From the IMG/VR virus record IMGVR_UViG_3300045988_154391: DNA of 64,000 bases; one strand, given 5' to 3'. Under the pieces are notes generated by a model. It saw only the letters and a program-made list of their open reading frames with translations. It searched no databases and was not told the DNA's origin. The position numbers were made by a program, and so were the translations under genes. This document shows, in pieces, positions 53,795 to 63,536 of this stretch (position 1 is the stretch's first letter; the number at the start of each line of letters is the position of its first letter). This stretch comes from a virus (lineage: Duplodnaviria; Heunggongvirae; Uroviricota; Caudoviricetes).

Positions 53795-56373
53795 ATAGCC
53801 ATAACGTCATGAGCAACACCACGAGTGTCTCCCTTACAAGACACAGAACGTCTGGCAAAGAGAGGTTCCACTCTGAAGCCTCTGTCCTGATAAAGTTCTC
53901 TGACGTTTGGCGCGCCACTGTTAGTAATGAGTACCTTTGCACCTCGGCGATGAGCATCCGTCAACAGAGACACCAGGCGTTTTTGCTCTTCAAACTTAAA
54001 GTCATGACCGGAATAGTTCGTGAACCCCTCTGTATTGGGGAGCGGTTCATACGGCGGATCGCAAAAGATGACATCTCCTTCTCCGGCAGCTTCAATCACT
54101 GCTGCAAAATCACCGCATACAAACTCAGACCGCCCTTCCGCACCGAGGAAGGCTTCCATCTCCTGTAATGGGAAATACGGAGTTTTATACTTCCCATAAC
54201 CGACATTGAACTCACCGGCCTGGTTGTAGCGCGTCAATCCGTTAAAACAATGACGGTTCAGGAACAAAAACGCCGCTGCGCGATGTAAATCATCATAGAC
54301 TTGTTTGTTAAACGCATTCCGTACTGCCAAGTATCCCTCCTGGGTGTTGTAGTCCAGGAAAAAACGATGTGCCAGAGTGATAAGTGAATGCTCCTCGCGT
54401 TGCAGAGTCTTGTAAAAGTTAATCAGGTCAGCATTCACATCATTTAGCAGATTTTCCTGGTATCCGGCATTCATGAAGACAGCTCCGCCACCGACGAAAG
54501 GTTCAATCAGGCGCTTCCCTTCTGGCAAATAGCGAAAGATTTGTTCCAGAACACCAAATTTTCCACCGGCCCATTTGAATATGGACCGTTCGAATTCTGC
54601 CGCTGGTTTAACTTTTCGCTCTTTTGTTTCACTTCCTTCTTTCTGCCGACATACGGCCTTAGTAATCCGATCGCCAATCCAGCGCATTACTGGTATTGCC
54701 ATACTATTGCCGATCGCTTTGTAACGCGGTCCGTCAGCTGCAAGCATCGCGGCCTCTTCTTCGCTTAAATCTGGATAGTGATTGCGAAGATATGCCAGTT
54801 CATCTGAATTAACTTTTTTACGCTTTTCCGTCGGGATCAACGTATGCCCATCAGGAAAACCTTGAAGTCTCTCACATTCGACAGGGGTAAGACGGCGAAC
54901 ACTCATCATATGAGGTAAGTAACCATTCTCACCTAATTCGCCTTTTTCAATACTTTTCTGCCCCCCAAAAGATAACGCAACGGCGTCAGCTGTAGCGCGG
55001 GAATCAAGAGTAAAACTTATCTCTTTTTGCCACCCTTTACCTTGCGGTCCAGCATCATCTTTTCGCCCAATTTGTGCATGTTGTAGCGAATACGCAACAG
55101 CTGGTGGGCAGCCTGCATTTGGATTGCTATTAACAGAATTACCTGATCGTAAAGTCGGAGAACATTCAATAGAAACATCTTGTCCATAATCTTTGCAGGA
55201 AAAAGCTACAACTGCATTTTCTTGACCATGGTTACGACCAATAGTATGTGCCAATTCACAATTAACATCAGGATCTTGTGTTCCATGAATAGCCATCACC
55301 GCCAGATGTTCGTGACTTTCTTGTGATCTGGCACGAAGAGTGCCTGCACCTTCACGCCAACTACCAGCACCAGTACTACTGAAAACAGCTAAATCGGTTG
55401 CATCTTTAAAATCTCTGGCCTTGACAGTAGAAGCAGTCTCATCATCAGCATATTCGCCAAATGCAACCATTCGATAAGCACCAACAAGCCCACTTCCGCG
55501 CTGCGCAAAAATCTCTTGGTTACTTGCACCGATTCCGCCAGTATTGTGTGACTGGTTAAGTGTCGGGTGAGGATTTACAGGGTTATCCCAATGGCTCCCG
55601 CTTTTAATGCCATTTCCAACATTTCCGGCAACTTCCTTCCCCTCGCCTCTGCTCGGCGCAATATTCCGGCGCACGCCTTCGAACTCAAAAAGTACCGTTG
55701 CGGGATCGAGGTCTGTTCGAGCACTTGCGACAACAAACACGCGTCGGCGTCGTTGTGCCACTCCGAAGTATTGGGCATCAAGGATTCTCCAGGCCACCTT
55801 TCGCTGCGGTCCATAAATACAACCACACTGCGGCCACTTTGGAACATGGCAACCGGTTTTGCCATCCCACCGCCAGAACGCGTTGCTTTTTCCTGATTCA
55901 GGTCGATCACCTGGTTCAAATGGCACATCTTCTCCAGCCAATCCGGCAAGGAAACATCCGAAGGCGTTATCTGCCGATGACAAGACTCCTGGGACATTTT
56001 CCCAGACGATAACGGCTGGTTTGAGAAATGACTCAGCCCGTTTGTCGTCAATTGCATTTGCAAGCTCCACATACTTTAAAGTTAGCGCGCCACGCTCATC
56101 ATCAAGCCCACCACGTAATCCCGCGATACTGAATGCCTGACAAGGTGTTCCCCCGACGAGCACATCAGGGGATTCGATTTCCCCAGCCAGGACTTTTTTG
56201 GCAAGTTTTGTCATGTCGCCAAGGTTGGCGACATGGGGCCAGCGGTGCGCAAGAACGGCAGATGGAAAAGGCTCGATTTCAGCAAACCACGCCGGACGCA
56301 TACCCAACGGTTCCCAGGCAATACTCGCGGCTTCAATTCCACTGCAAACAGATCCATAGCACAGCTCTTTCAC
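53785..56373 (-). CDS. dmt: Bifunctional DNA methyltransferase: C5-cytosine MTase N-terminal, Dam-like N6-adenine MTase C-terminal
   Basis: C5 motifs ([39 protein letters not shown]) then N6 motifs (FKWAGGK, CDPPYEP); GTG start coupled to the hrdC stop. Confidence 0.85.
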
Positions 56374-57275
56374 TGCTTAGCCTCTCCACCAAGGGCATTT
56401 ACCAGAGCATCAACCAGGCACGAAATTTCACTGGTCAACAGGAAGAAATCTGCGTCCAGTCGCTGCGCTACATCTTCACTATCAATATCAGAGTTCTGAT
56501 CAAGCAATTCATCCGCAAATTTGACGCTGGTAAGGCTGAAGTTATGGTCCAGTGTAAATTTAATGCGGTTCTGCCAGTCGAGTGCCAACTTAGTGACGAG
56601 CTTGCCAGCTTCCAGGTGTGTGGAAATTTCATCGCTTCCCAAATCCTGCTTTTTCACTCGGGCAATACCGCCATCCTCAAGCACTGCCTTAAGTTCTGCC
56701 GCATCCCCCATTTGAAATCCCTGTGGAGCACTACCATCACGTACCCAGTCGGTCAGCGTTAATTCAATGGGATTTTCAACACTCAGGGGAACAACAGGAA
56801 GAGAACCCAGAGACTTACGCATAAGCGCGAGCATATCCTCTGCCTGCCGCGCGCTGGCATTGATATAGATACGTTTAGTTGAACCGTCGTAGATCGCCTG
56901 GATAACAGAAAACTTTGAAAAAGCCCGTGGCAGAAGAGAATGCAGAACTTCGTCTTTCAGGGAGTCCTTCTCTGTTTTCTTCAGTTTACGCGCTTGTTCT
57001 TGCTCAAGTTTTTCAATTTTTTCTTGAATAGCTCGCTGGATAACCGGCGGGGGAAGAATTTTTGTTTCGCGCTTTGCTTCAACAAGGATAAAACCATTTC
57101 CATGCATAGCGATAACTTCGGAATTATCACCAAATGGAGATACAAAACCGAACTTGGCCATATCCTGACTACCGCATGGCGTGAAAAGGATCATTTTCTT
57201 TTTATCTTCTAAGTCGGTCAGATCCGCCTCACGAGAAAGTTTATAAATAGTAATGTTTTTCCAGTGCTTAAACAT
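56370..57275 (-). CDS. hrdC: RdgC-like recombination-associated protein
   Basis: 302 aa from ATG at 57275 (AAGGG SD); RdgC-family sequence. Confidence 0.8.
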   Translation of the reverse strand: MFKHWKNITIYKLSREADLTDLEDKKKMILFTPCGSQDMAKFGFVSPFGDNSEVIAMHGNGFILVEAKRETKILPPPVIQRAIQEKIEKLEQEQARKLKKTEKDSLKDEVLHSLLPRAFSKFSVIQAIYDGSTKRIYINASARQAEDMLALMRKSLGSLPVVPLSVENPIELTLTDWVRDGSAPQGFQMGDAAELKAVLEDGGIARVKKQDLGSDEISTHLEAGKLVTKLALDWQNRIKFTLDHNFSLTSVKFADELLDQNSDIDSEDVAQRLDADFFLLTSEISCLVDALVNALGGEAKQ

Positions 57276-57615
57276 GTTGTAACCCTTGAATATCAACCAC
57301 AGAAAGCTCGTCTTTGTAGAAAAAGGCCAGGTTGTGGCACCCCCTCGTTTGAGCGTATGAGCTGGGACCAATTTCGTTCTTCCAGACAAATGGCTTCAAA
57401 TCCGTACGGCGAAGCATAAAAACGCGATTTGTTCCGCTCTGATTCCCAATGAGGCAAAAGCCTTCTTTCACCTTGATAGCCTGCAAGTTGTCGAGTTCAC
57501 CGCTGGTTACACGGCTATCGAACTCTTTGCGGCTTATTAGCTCCATCTGCATCTGACGACTCCAAACAAATGCCCATTGAAGGGCGATGGCTGAATGGTA
57601 CCGAAAATACGACAT
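57268..57615 (-). CDS. uhr: Uhr-like ORF upstream of hrdC
   Basis: ORF between the C1 operator and hrdC; no clear SD, so coding status uncertain. Confidence 0.4.
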   Translation of the reverse strand: MSYFRYHSAIALQWAFVWSRQMQMELISRKEFDSRVTSGELDNLQAIKVKEGFCLIGNQSGTNRVFMLRRTDLKPFVWKNEIGPSSYAQTRGCHNLAFFYKDELSVVDIQGLQHV

Positions 57616-57623
57616 AAAAAACA

Positions 57624-57640
57624 ATATTTATTAGAGCAAT
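57624..57640 (-). promoter_or_regulatory. C1 operator upstream of the uhr-hrdC-dmt operon
   Basis: ATATTTATTAGAGCAAT, one mismatch. Confidence 0.75.
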
Positions 57641-57721
57641 TTTGCAATAGTTGAACTCCATGTAGACCACAAACAACCTGAGTTAAAATAACGAAAATCA
57701 GAGCAAATAATTGGTGATGAC

Positions 57722-58006
57722 GTGGCAAGTATTGCAACAAAAGACAGCATTTGTTCGGGGCACGGAGGATTCCCATCCAGGCCTCCTGTAGAGAGTGAAC
57801 CACTACTTAAAGTCAACGGAGTCGAAGTGTTAGTTGATGGTAAGCAATATGCACAGCATACCGATGGAAACAGTACGCACGGTGGGCAAGCTATATCAAC
57901 CAGGGCATGGTTTACCGTCAATGGTAAAGGGATCGTATGCGTTGGTGACCCTGTTTCATGCGGATCTACCGTAGCGTCCGGAGACGGCCTGGTTCAGGTA
58001 AGTTAG
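57722..58006 (+). CDS. Small PAAR-like protein (94 aa)
   Basis: Gly/Cys pattern ICSGHGG ... THGG ... VCVGDPVSCGSTVASGDG resembles PAAR-type spike-tip proteins. Confidence 0.45.
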   Translation: MASIATKDSICSGHGGFPSRPPVESEPLLKVNGVEVLVDGKQYAQHTDGNSTHGGQAISTRAWFTVNGKGIVCVGDPVSCGSTVASGDGLVQVS

Positions 58007-58014
58007 GAGATATC

Positions 58015-58803
58015 ATGCTGGAAAAAGACTACCAGTTATCCGCATATAAAAAATTGGCTGCCGCCGGTGGGATGAAAACACCTGGTGCCATAACATCAGC
58101 ACGAAACAGTGCTAACACAGCAAAACTGCTTGCAGAAGAATTGACCGGATTAATTCTGGATACAATTGTCTATCCCGACACTATTACCAGCTATGTTTCA
58201 ACGATCAGAACAACCACAACCGGCTTAACGAACATTGGAGAACTGGCAACTAAGCACGCGGACCTGTTGGCTGGTTATGCAGATCTGTCAATGCTGCTTC
58301 AACTCGATATTGGTTGGGATGTTTACTGCCGTGCTAATGAGCGAGAAGTATCAGAACTGCCGATCTCTATTGCCATTGGTGATGTGACTATTACTAAATC
58401 GCTTGAGGACGCTGTAAACGCGCTTAATACATCAAGTTTAGTCGCTGCTATGGGGGAGATTAACCAGACCCTTAACACTGGCTCAGGAAGCTCGTCAGGC
58501 TCTGGTTCAGGCGGCGGCACTGCCACTCCCCCACCAGCACTAACAGAAGAGCAAATTGAATCTCTGAAAGTAGCAACTGAACAGTTTGGGGTTGTTTTCA
58601 ACCAGACAACAGCGCCCACAACTGCGTTACAACAGCAGTATGAACGAGCGAATGAAAGCGCCAATGTAGCCATAACTGCTTATAACCATGCTATCGGTAC
58701 TGCTCTTGCGGAAGCATCAGCAAATAAGGCCAGCACAGCCAGCGCAGTTGCTGCTTTGGTTCCTGATTCTGTTCTTGATGAATTAAACAAAGCGGCACAG
58801 TAA
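58015..58803 (+). CDS. Hypothetical protein with Gly/Ser-rich linker (263 aa)
   Basis: ATG at 58015 with TAGGAG SD. Confidence 0.55.
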   Translation: MLEKDYQLSAYKKLAAAGGMKTPGAITSARNSANTAKLLAEELTGLILDTIVYPDTITSYVSTIRTTTTGLTNIGELATKHADLLAGYADLSMLLQLDIGWDVYCRANEREVSELPISIAIGDVTITKSLEDAVNALNTSSLVAAMGEINQTLNTGSGSSSGSGSGGGTATPPPALTEEQIESLKVATEQFGVVFNQTTAPTTALQQQYERANESANVAITAYNHAIGTALAEASANKASTASAVAALVPDSVLDELNKAAQ

Positions 58804-58842
58804 CAAAGGACTTCATTGATAATTTTTTTTCAGGAGGAAGAC

Positions 58843-59265
58843 ATGTCATTCTTTTCTACGTTAAAAACAGCTTTGTCTTTGAAGGAGAAACTTGCTGCTA
58901 CTGGTGTTCTTGTTCTGATTTGCGCACTTGTTGGTGCTGGGTTTGCATGGGAACGTCATCAGCTAAAGCAAGCCATCGAGAAAATTGGCAGTCTTGATCA
59001 GGCTGTTAAGGAACGTGATAAGTCAATAATGGATCTTAACCAGACCATTGAGACGATGAACAAAGCAGAGCAACATTTTCACAGCCAGGAAGTGAAAAAT
59101 GAATCAGAACAAGCCAAATATGCTGACAGGCAAATGGAACGAAAAGCTGAAGTTCAGAAACAACTGGTTGCGGCGGGTAATGTTCGCCAGCGCATTCCTG
59201 CTGACACTCAGCGGTTGCTCCGGGAGTCGATCAGCGAATTTAACGCCGACGCCGACAAAGGTTAA
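58843..59265 (+). CDS. i-spanin-like protein (N-terminal TM helix plus periplasmic coiled coil)
   Basis: ATG at 58843 with AGGAGG SD; TM segment ATGVLVLICALVGAGFAW then coiled coil. Confidence 0.55.
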   Translation: MSFFSTLKTALSLKEKLAATGVLVLICALVGAGFAWERHQLKQAIEKIGSLDQAVKERDKSIMDLNQTIETMNKAEQHFHSQEVKNESEQAKYADRQMERKAEVQKQLVAAGNVRQRIPADTQRLLRESISEFNADADKG

Positions 59266-59431
59266 CCACCCTGCCCCCAAAAGTGCATTTATGTGCAGAA
59301 TGCCAGAGTTTAGCAGTGAATATTTTGATGATCTGCCAGCGTATATCCTCGATACAGAAACGATGCTGATGGGGATTAACAGGAAGAATCGCAACGTTAA
59401 TGATTACAACCGCGCTATCAGCGGTAACTAA
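59180..59431 (+). CDS. o-spanin-like lipoprotein overlapping the i-spanin gene out of frame
   Basis: Signal peptide with lipobox LTLSGC; gene starts inside the upstream ORF in another frame and extends past it. A TTG at 59168 is an alternative start. Confidence 0.5.
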   Translation: MFASAFLLTLSGCSGSRSANLTPTPTKVNHPAPKSAFMCRMPEFSSEYFDDLPAYILDTETMLMGINRKNRNVNDYNRAISGN

Positions 59432-59442
59432 AAGGGATTTTT

Positions 59443-59835
59443 ATGTCTGATAAAGTAACAGTAAAGCAAACTATCAACAAAGCGACTTCAATCTACAAAA
59501 TTGAGCACATCACTGTTGGCAAGCCAGGATCTGAACAATACCGTCATGCTTTCGAGCTTGCCGATCAGCTTGGTTTAAAACACCCGGATTGCATTGAGCA
59601 TGTATTTCCGACCTATGCTGATGAGCAATGTACTCATGTTCTTACCGAAGAGGATTTTTTCAGCACTGAAGAACGAGAAGGCGTTGATCGCTGCATTGGT
59701 GTGATTTGCTCTTCAGTGAGTTATGAGTTATTCCCTAATGTCCATGAAAATGGTGGTATTGGATACCAATTCCTGTACGAAGGCGATGAGCTTAAATGTT
59801 ATGAACATGGTCTTCTTATCGAAAGCGTAGAATAA
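59443..59835 (+). CDS. Hypothetical protein (130 aa) next to the origin
   Basis: ORF followed by a hairpin terminator. Confidence 0.5.
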   Translation: MSDKVTVKQTINKATSIYKIEHITVGKPGSEQYRHAFELADQLGLKHPDCIEHVFPTYADEQCTHVLTEEDFFSTEEREGVDRCIGVICSSVSYELFPNVHENGGIGYQFLYEGDELKCYEHGLLIESVE

Positions 59836-59876
59836 TACCCTTCCTTCCAACCGGCTATGTTGGCCGGTTTATTCAA

Positions 59877-59985
59877 CTTATCCACAGCATAGATCCAATA
59901 AACAGATCCTAAAGAGAACCCAGGAAGATCCAAAGAAGATCCCGGATCGCTGTAAGCCGCGCCATTTCTGGCCTGAAATGGGATC
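59877..59985. other. Replication origin core: DnaA box plus cluster of Dam GATC sites
   Basis: TTATCCACA at 59877-59885; GATC at 59892, 59905, 59927, 59938, 59945 and 59982. Confidence 0.65.
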
Positions 59986-59989
59986 AACA

Positions 59990-60092
59990 TTGACTATACG
60001 CGATTTTATGTTGACTGTGCACGATTTATTGTTGACTGCACGCGATTTATTGTTGACTATACGCGACAGAAACATTGACTGTACGCGATTTT
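59990..60092 (+). repeat. Five direct iterons at ~21-bp periodicity upstream of repA
   Basis: TTGACT(A/G)T(A/G)CGCGATTT-type repeats starting at 59990, 60011, 60032, 60053 and 60075. Confidence 0.75.
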
Positions 60093-60168
60093 AGAGCCTG
60101 ACTATTCACAGTTGTTGATAACTGCAATCCAGATGACGCCAGGCCGCGACACATATGGAGAAACCACG

Positions 60169-61053
60169 ATGCCGGAAGAAAATAAAGGCTTCCTTAGCGT
60201 TGAAGAAGTTGCAGGAAATACAGGAGAAATCCACAGCCTGAAACCCAATAACAATAGCACTATACAACCCATCGCTTTGTTGCGCTTAGGTGTGTTTGTG
60301 CCAACCTTAAAATCTACCAATGTGGCACTACGTCGCGGATCGTCAGTTACTACAAACACAACGAACGCAACCGAAGAACTATCAAGCCTCAAAATTGTTG
60401 AGCAGGAAGGCTATGAGGGAATTGAAATACATGGTCCACGCCTGGATATGGATACTGATTTTAAGGTGTGGGTGGGCATAACCTCCGCGTTGTTTGACTA
60501 CGCACCTGATGATGACGGCATAATCACCCTGCCATTCTCCGAGTTTGCCGATCGATGCGGCTATCCACGTAAGCGCCTTTCAAAGGCGTTCCGTAAAAGT
60601 ATTGATGACTCTCTGACACGCATTCAGCAGACAGTTGTCAAATTCCGCTTCCCGGCGGCAAAAGGTCATCTCAATAACATTAACGTCAACTTGTTGGCAT
60701 ATAGCAGCCTGAATACCGAGCTTGATGTTATCGAGATCCAGCCGCAGAAACAGCTATCTGAACTTTACTATGTTGACTATAAGCGAATCCTGAAGCTGAA
60801 GATGCTGGATAAGCTCGGGCGCAAAGAGACGGCCAAGGTACTGTATACATTCTTTGAGGCTCTACCTGCCAACCCGGCACCTGTCAGCATTGAGCGCCTT
60901 AGAGCAAGGCTTAATCTCAAATCATCCGTTAGCGTGCAAAATAGCGTTATCAGAAAAGCCATGAAAGATTTGGAAGCTATTGAATATCTTAAATTTTCAG
61001 AGATAAAAAACGGCAGGAAAATCGGCTTCCAGATCCATAAGCGCAATCCATAA
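60169..61053 (+). CDS. repA: RepA replication initiator (iteron-binding)
   Basis: ATG at 60169 with GGAGAAA SD; shares blocks with P1 RepA as recalled (IQPIALLRLGVFVP, GPRLDMDTDFKVWVG, C-terminal RNP) but is clearly diverged. Confidence 0.8.
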   Translation: MPEENKGFLSVEEVAGNTGEIHSLKPNNNSTIQPIALLRLGVFVPTLKSTNVALRRGSSVTTNTTNATEELSSLKIVEQEGYEGIEIHGPRLDMDTDFKVWVGITSALFDYAPDDDGIITLPFSEFADRCGYPRKRLSKAFRKSIDDSLTRIQQTVVKFRFPAAKGHLNNINVNLLAYSSLNTELDVIEIQPQKQLSELYYVDYKRILKLKMLDKLGRKETAKVLYTFFEALPANPAPVSIERLRARLNLKSSVSVQNSVIRKAMKDLEAIEYLKFSEIKNGRKIGFQIHKRNP

Positions 61054-61317
61054 TATTGACTATATGCGATAGCGAGAAGTTGACTATAGGCGACATTCGT
61101 TGACGCTGGTGGATTTTTGCTGGCGTCAATATTCTGCAAGCTGCTATTGAGATGGCTTTTAGGGTCATTTCATCGCGTATAGTCAACGTTTCTCCCGACA
61201 ATATCTTACATAGTCGATTTTTGGTGGAGTTAAATCGACTACAGTCAACTTTTGACTGTAGTCACATCGCGCATAGTCAACTATTCACATTAACTTTCGC
61301 GCATAGTCAACATTTGC
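61052..61317. repeat. incA-like control locus: about eight iteron copies in both orientations downstream of repA
   Basis: TTGACTATATGCGAT, TTGACTATAGGCGAC, and inverted copies CGCGTATAGTCAAC, CTACAGTCAAC, GCGCATAGTCAAC (twice). Confidence 0.65.
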
Positions 61318-61345
61318 GCGGTTCTCATCAAGCAGTGGTATTGAT

Positions 61346-62155
61346 ATGCAAGAAGAGAAACAACACTACCTCTACGTTCTGGTGCCGGAGAACGGAGATA
61401 CTTTTAAAATCGGCATTTCATGTGGTCCATTGGCACGGTTTAAAGGGCTACAAGTGAATCCCGATTTTGCGCTTTCACGGGTCTATCGTGGTACGCGTTT
61501 GGCAATAGTTAATCTTGAGCGGGCTTTACACGCAACCTTTTTCCCCTGGAATGCGCCGTGGGAGAAAAGCGCCGGTGGCGGGCATACTGAATGGTTTACA
61601 CGAGAGTGTCTTGATAAGGTTTTGGCTCATATCGAATATCTAAATGATATGTGGGGAGGGATTCTCGAGCGGATTAAGTCGAATGATTTACTTCAGCGTC
61701 CAGTAGATGCTGCTCGCTCTTTCGAAAAAGAACTGGATGTTACTTCTATCGTGACTTTCAAAGATGACGCAGGAATGAGGGATGTGGCTTATGTCTCCAT
61801 ATCTGGCTATGAACCTGACGCGATCCGCGCTCAATGTGAATTGCTGAAAGCGATGTTTACGCTTCGGACTAAATATCCCTGGGAGACAGGGCGGGTGTGC
61901 TTCCCTATGGAAGAGTTAACCGCCACCATTGATTCCCAGCTTTACCACGATAATCCAGAGAAGTTTTTTAGCCTTTTAGCCGGTAATGGGCTTAACTGTG
62001 TGTCCGGACTGGGGCGAAGTAGAATCCAACATGCCTCGCTCTTCGGTCCCTTCTTTTACGATCGAAACGGGTGCTTTGAGGCTGAACTTCCGGCGCTTAC
62101 GCGTGCTATAGATACTATCGATTTCGAACGATTATTCGCAGCTCTTAACAAATAA
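61346..62155 (+). CDS. T5orf172/GIY-YIG-like domain protein (269 aa)
   Basis: N-terminal pattern YLYVLVPENGDTFKIGIS ... R ... LERALHATF ... GGHTEWF fits the T5orf172 signature; C-terminal ~170 aa uncharacterised. Confidence 0.6.
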   Translation: MQEEKQHYLYVLVPENGDTFKIGISCGPLARFKGLQVNPDFALSRVYRGTRLAIVNLERALHATFFPWNAPWEKSAGGGHTEWFTRECLDKVLAHIEYLNDMWGGILERIKSNDLLQRPVDAARSFEKELDVTSIVTFKDDAGMRDVAYVSISGYEPDAIRAQCELLKAMFTLRTKYPWETGRVCFPMEELTATIDSQLYHDNPEKFFSLLAGNGLNCVSGLGRSRIQHASLFGPFFYDRNGCFEAELPALTRAIDTIDFERLFAALNK

Positions 62156-62162
62156 CACTGAT

Positions 62163-62183
62163 GCCCCTGAACGGGGCTTTTTT
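62163..62183 (+). terminator. Intrinsic terminator after the T5orf172-like gene
   Basis: Stem GCCCC/GGGGC with loop TGAAC, followed by T6. Confidence 0.6.
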
Positions 62184-62323
62184 GTGCCCTCCTTGCAACT
62201 CTCTATCGTGCAAAATGAACCAAACATGCAGAGAATGCTATGTACAAGCATCTACGCATACATTATTATTTTATGCAGCATTTTTAATTAAATTCAAAAA
62301 TACAGCATAAAGGATGACTTTCG

Positions 62324-63520
62324 ATGAGTGATTCCAGCCAGCTTCACAAGGTTGCTCAAAGAGCAAACAGAATGCTCAATGTTCTGACTGAACAAGTACA
62401 GTTGCAAAAGGATGAGCTACACGCGAACGAGTTTTACCAGGTCTATGCGAAAGCGGCACTGGCAAAACTGCCTCTACTGACTCGAGCGAACGTTGACTAT
62501 GCCGTAAGTGAAATGGAAGAAAAGGGTTATGTTTTCGATAAACGCCCTGCTGGCTCTTCAATGAAATATGCGATGTCAATTCAGAACATCATTGACATAT
62601 ATGAACATCGCGGAGTGCCAAAATACCGGGATCGCTACAGCGAAGCGTATGTGATTTTCATCTCCAATCTTAAAGGCGGTGTGTCAAAAACTGTATCGAC
62701 GGTTTCTCTGGCGCATGCAATGCGTGCTCACCCTCATCTTCTGATGGAAGATTTAAGGATTCTGGTTATTGACCTTGATCCGCAATCTTCAGCAACGATG
62801 TTTTTAAGCCATAAACACTCTATTGGTATCGTAAACGCAACATCTGCACAGGCTATGTTGCAGAATGTAAGCCGTGAAGAGCTGTTAGAGGAGTTTATTG
62901 TTCCTTCTGTTGTACCTGGGGTTGACGTTATGCCTGCGTCGATTGACGATGCCTTTATTGCATCCGATTGGAGAGAGCTGTGCAATGAGCATCTACCGGG
63001 TCAGAACATCCATGCTGTCCTGAAAGAAAATGTGATTGATAAGCTGAAGAGCGATTATGACTTTATCCTCGTTGATAGTGGTCCTCACCTTGACGCCTTC
63101 CTGAAAAATGCTTTGGCCTCGGCCAATATACTGTTTACACCTCTGCCGCCAGCAACTGTCGATTTCCACTCATCGCTTAAATACGTTGCCCGCCTTCCTG
63201 AGTTGGTGAAACTCATTTCGGATGAAGGCTGCGAGTGCCAGCTTGCGACTAACATTGGTTTTATGTCCAAGTTGAGTAACAAGGCAGACCATAAGTATTG
63301 CCATAGCCTGGCTAAAGAAGTGTTCGGTGGGGATATGCTCGATGTCGTCCTCCCTCGCCTTGACGGTTTTGAACGTTGCGGCGAGTCTTTTGACACTGTT
63401 ATTTCAGCTAACCCGGCAACGTATGTTGGTAGTGCTGATGCATTGAAGAACGCGCGAATTGCCGCGGAAGATTTTGCTAAAGCAGTTTTTGACCGTATTG
63501 AATTTATCAGATCTAACTGA
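62324..63520 (+). CDS. parA: ParA partition ATPase
   Basis: 398-aa protein MSDSSQLHKVAQRANRMLNVLTEQVQLQKDELHANEFYQVYAKAALAKLP ... with deviant Walker A (SNLKGGVSKT); matches P1 ParA. Confidence 0.92.
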   Translation: MSDSSQLHKVAQRANRMLNVLTEQVQLQKDELHANEFYQVYAKAALAKLPLLTRANVDYAVSEMEEKGYVFDKRPAGSSMKYAMSIQNIIDIYEHRGVPKYRDRYSEAYVIFISNLKGGVSKTVSTVSLAHAMRAHPHLLMEDLRILVIDLDPQSSATMFLSHKHSIGIVNATSAQAMLQNVSREELLEEFIVPSVVPGVDVMPASIDDAFIASDWRELCNEHLPGQNIHAVLKENVIDKLKSDYDFILVDSGPHLDAFLKNALASANILFTPLPPATVDFHSSLKYVARLPELVKLISDEGCECQLATNIGFMSKLSNKADHKYCHSLAKEVFGGDMLDVVLPRLDGFERCGESFDTVISANPATYVGSADALKNARIAAEDFAKAVFDRIEFIRSN

Positions 63521-63536
63521 GGAGTAAGAAACCCCC

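Noticed and set aside
59990-60092. Possible CRISPR array (short direct repeats)
   Set aside because: Repeats are ~17 bp at 21-bp periodicity with almost no spacer, sit directly upstream of repA next to a DnaA box and GATC cluster, and no cas genes are present; they are plasmid iterons.
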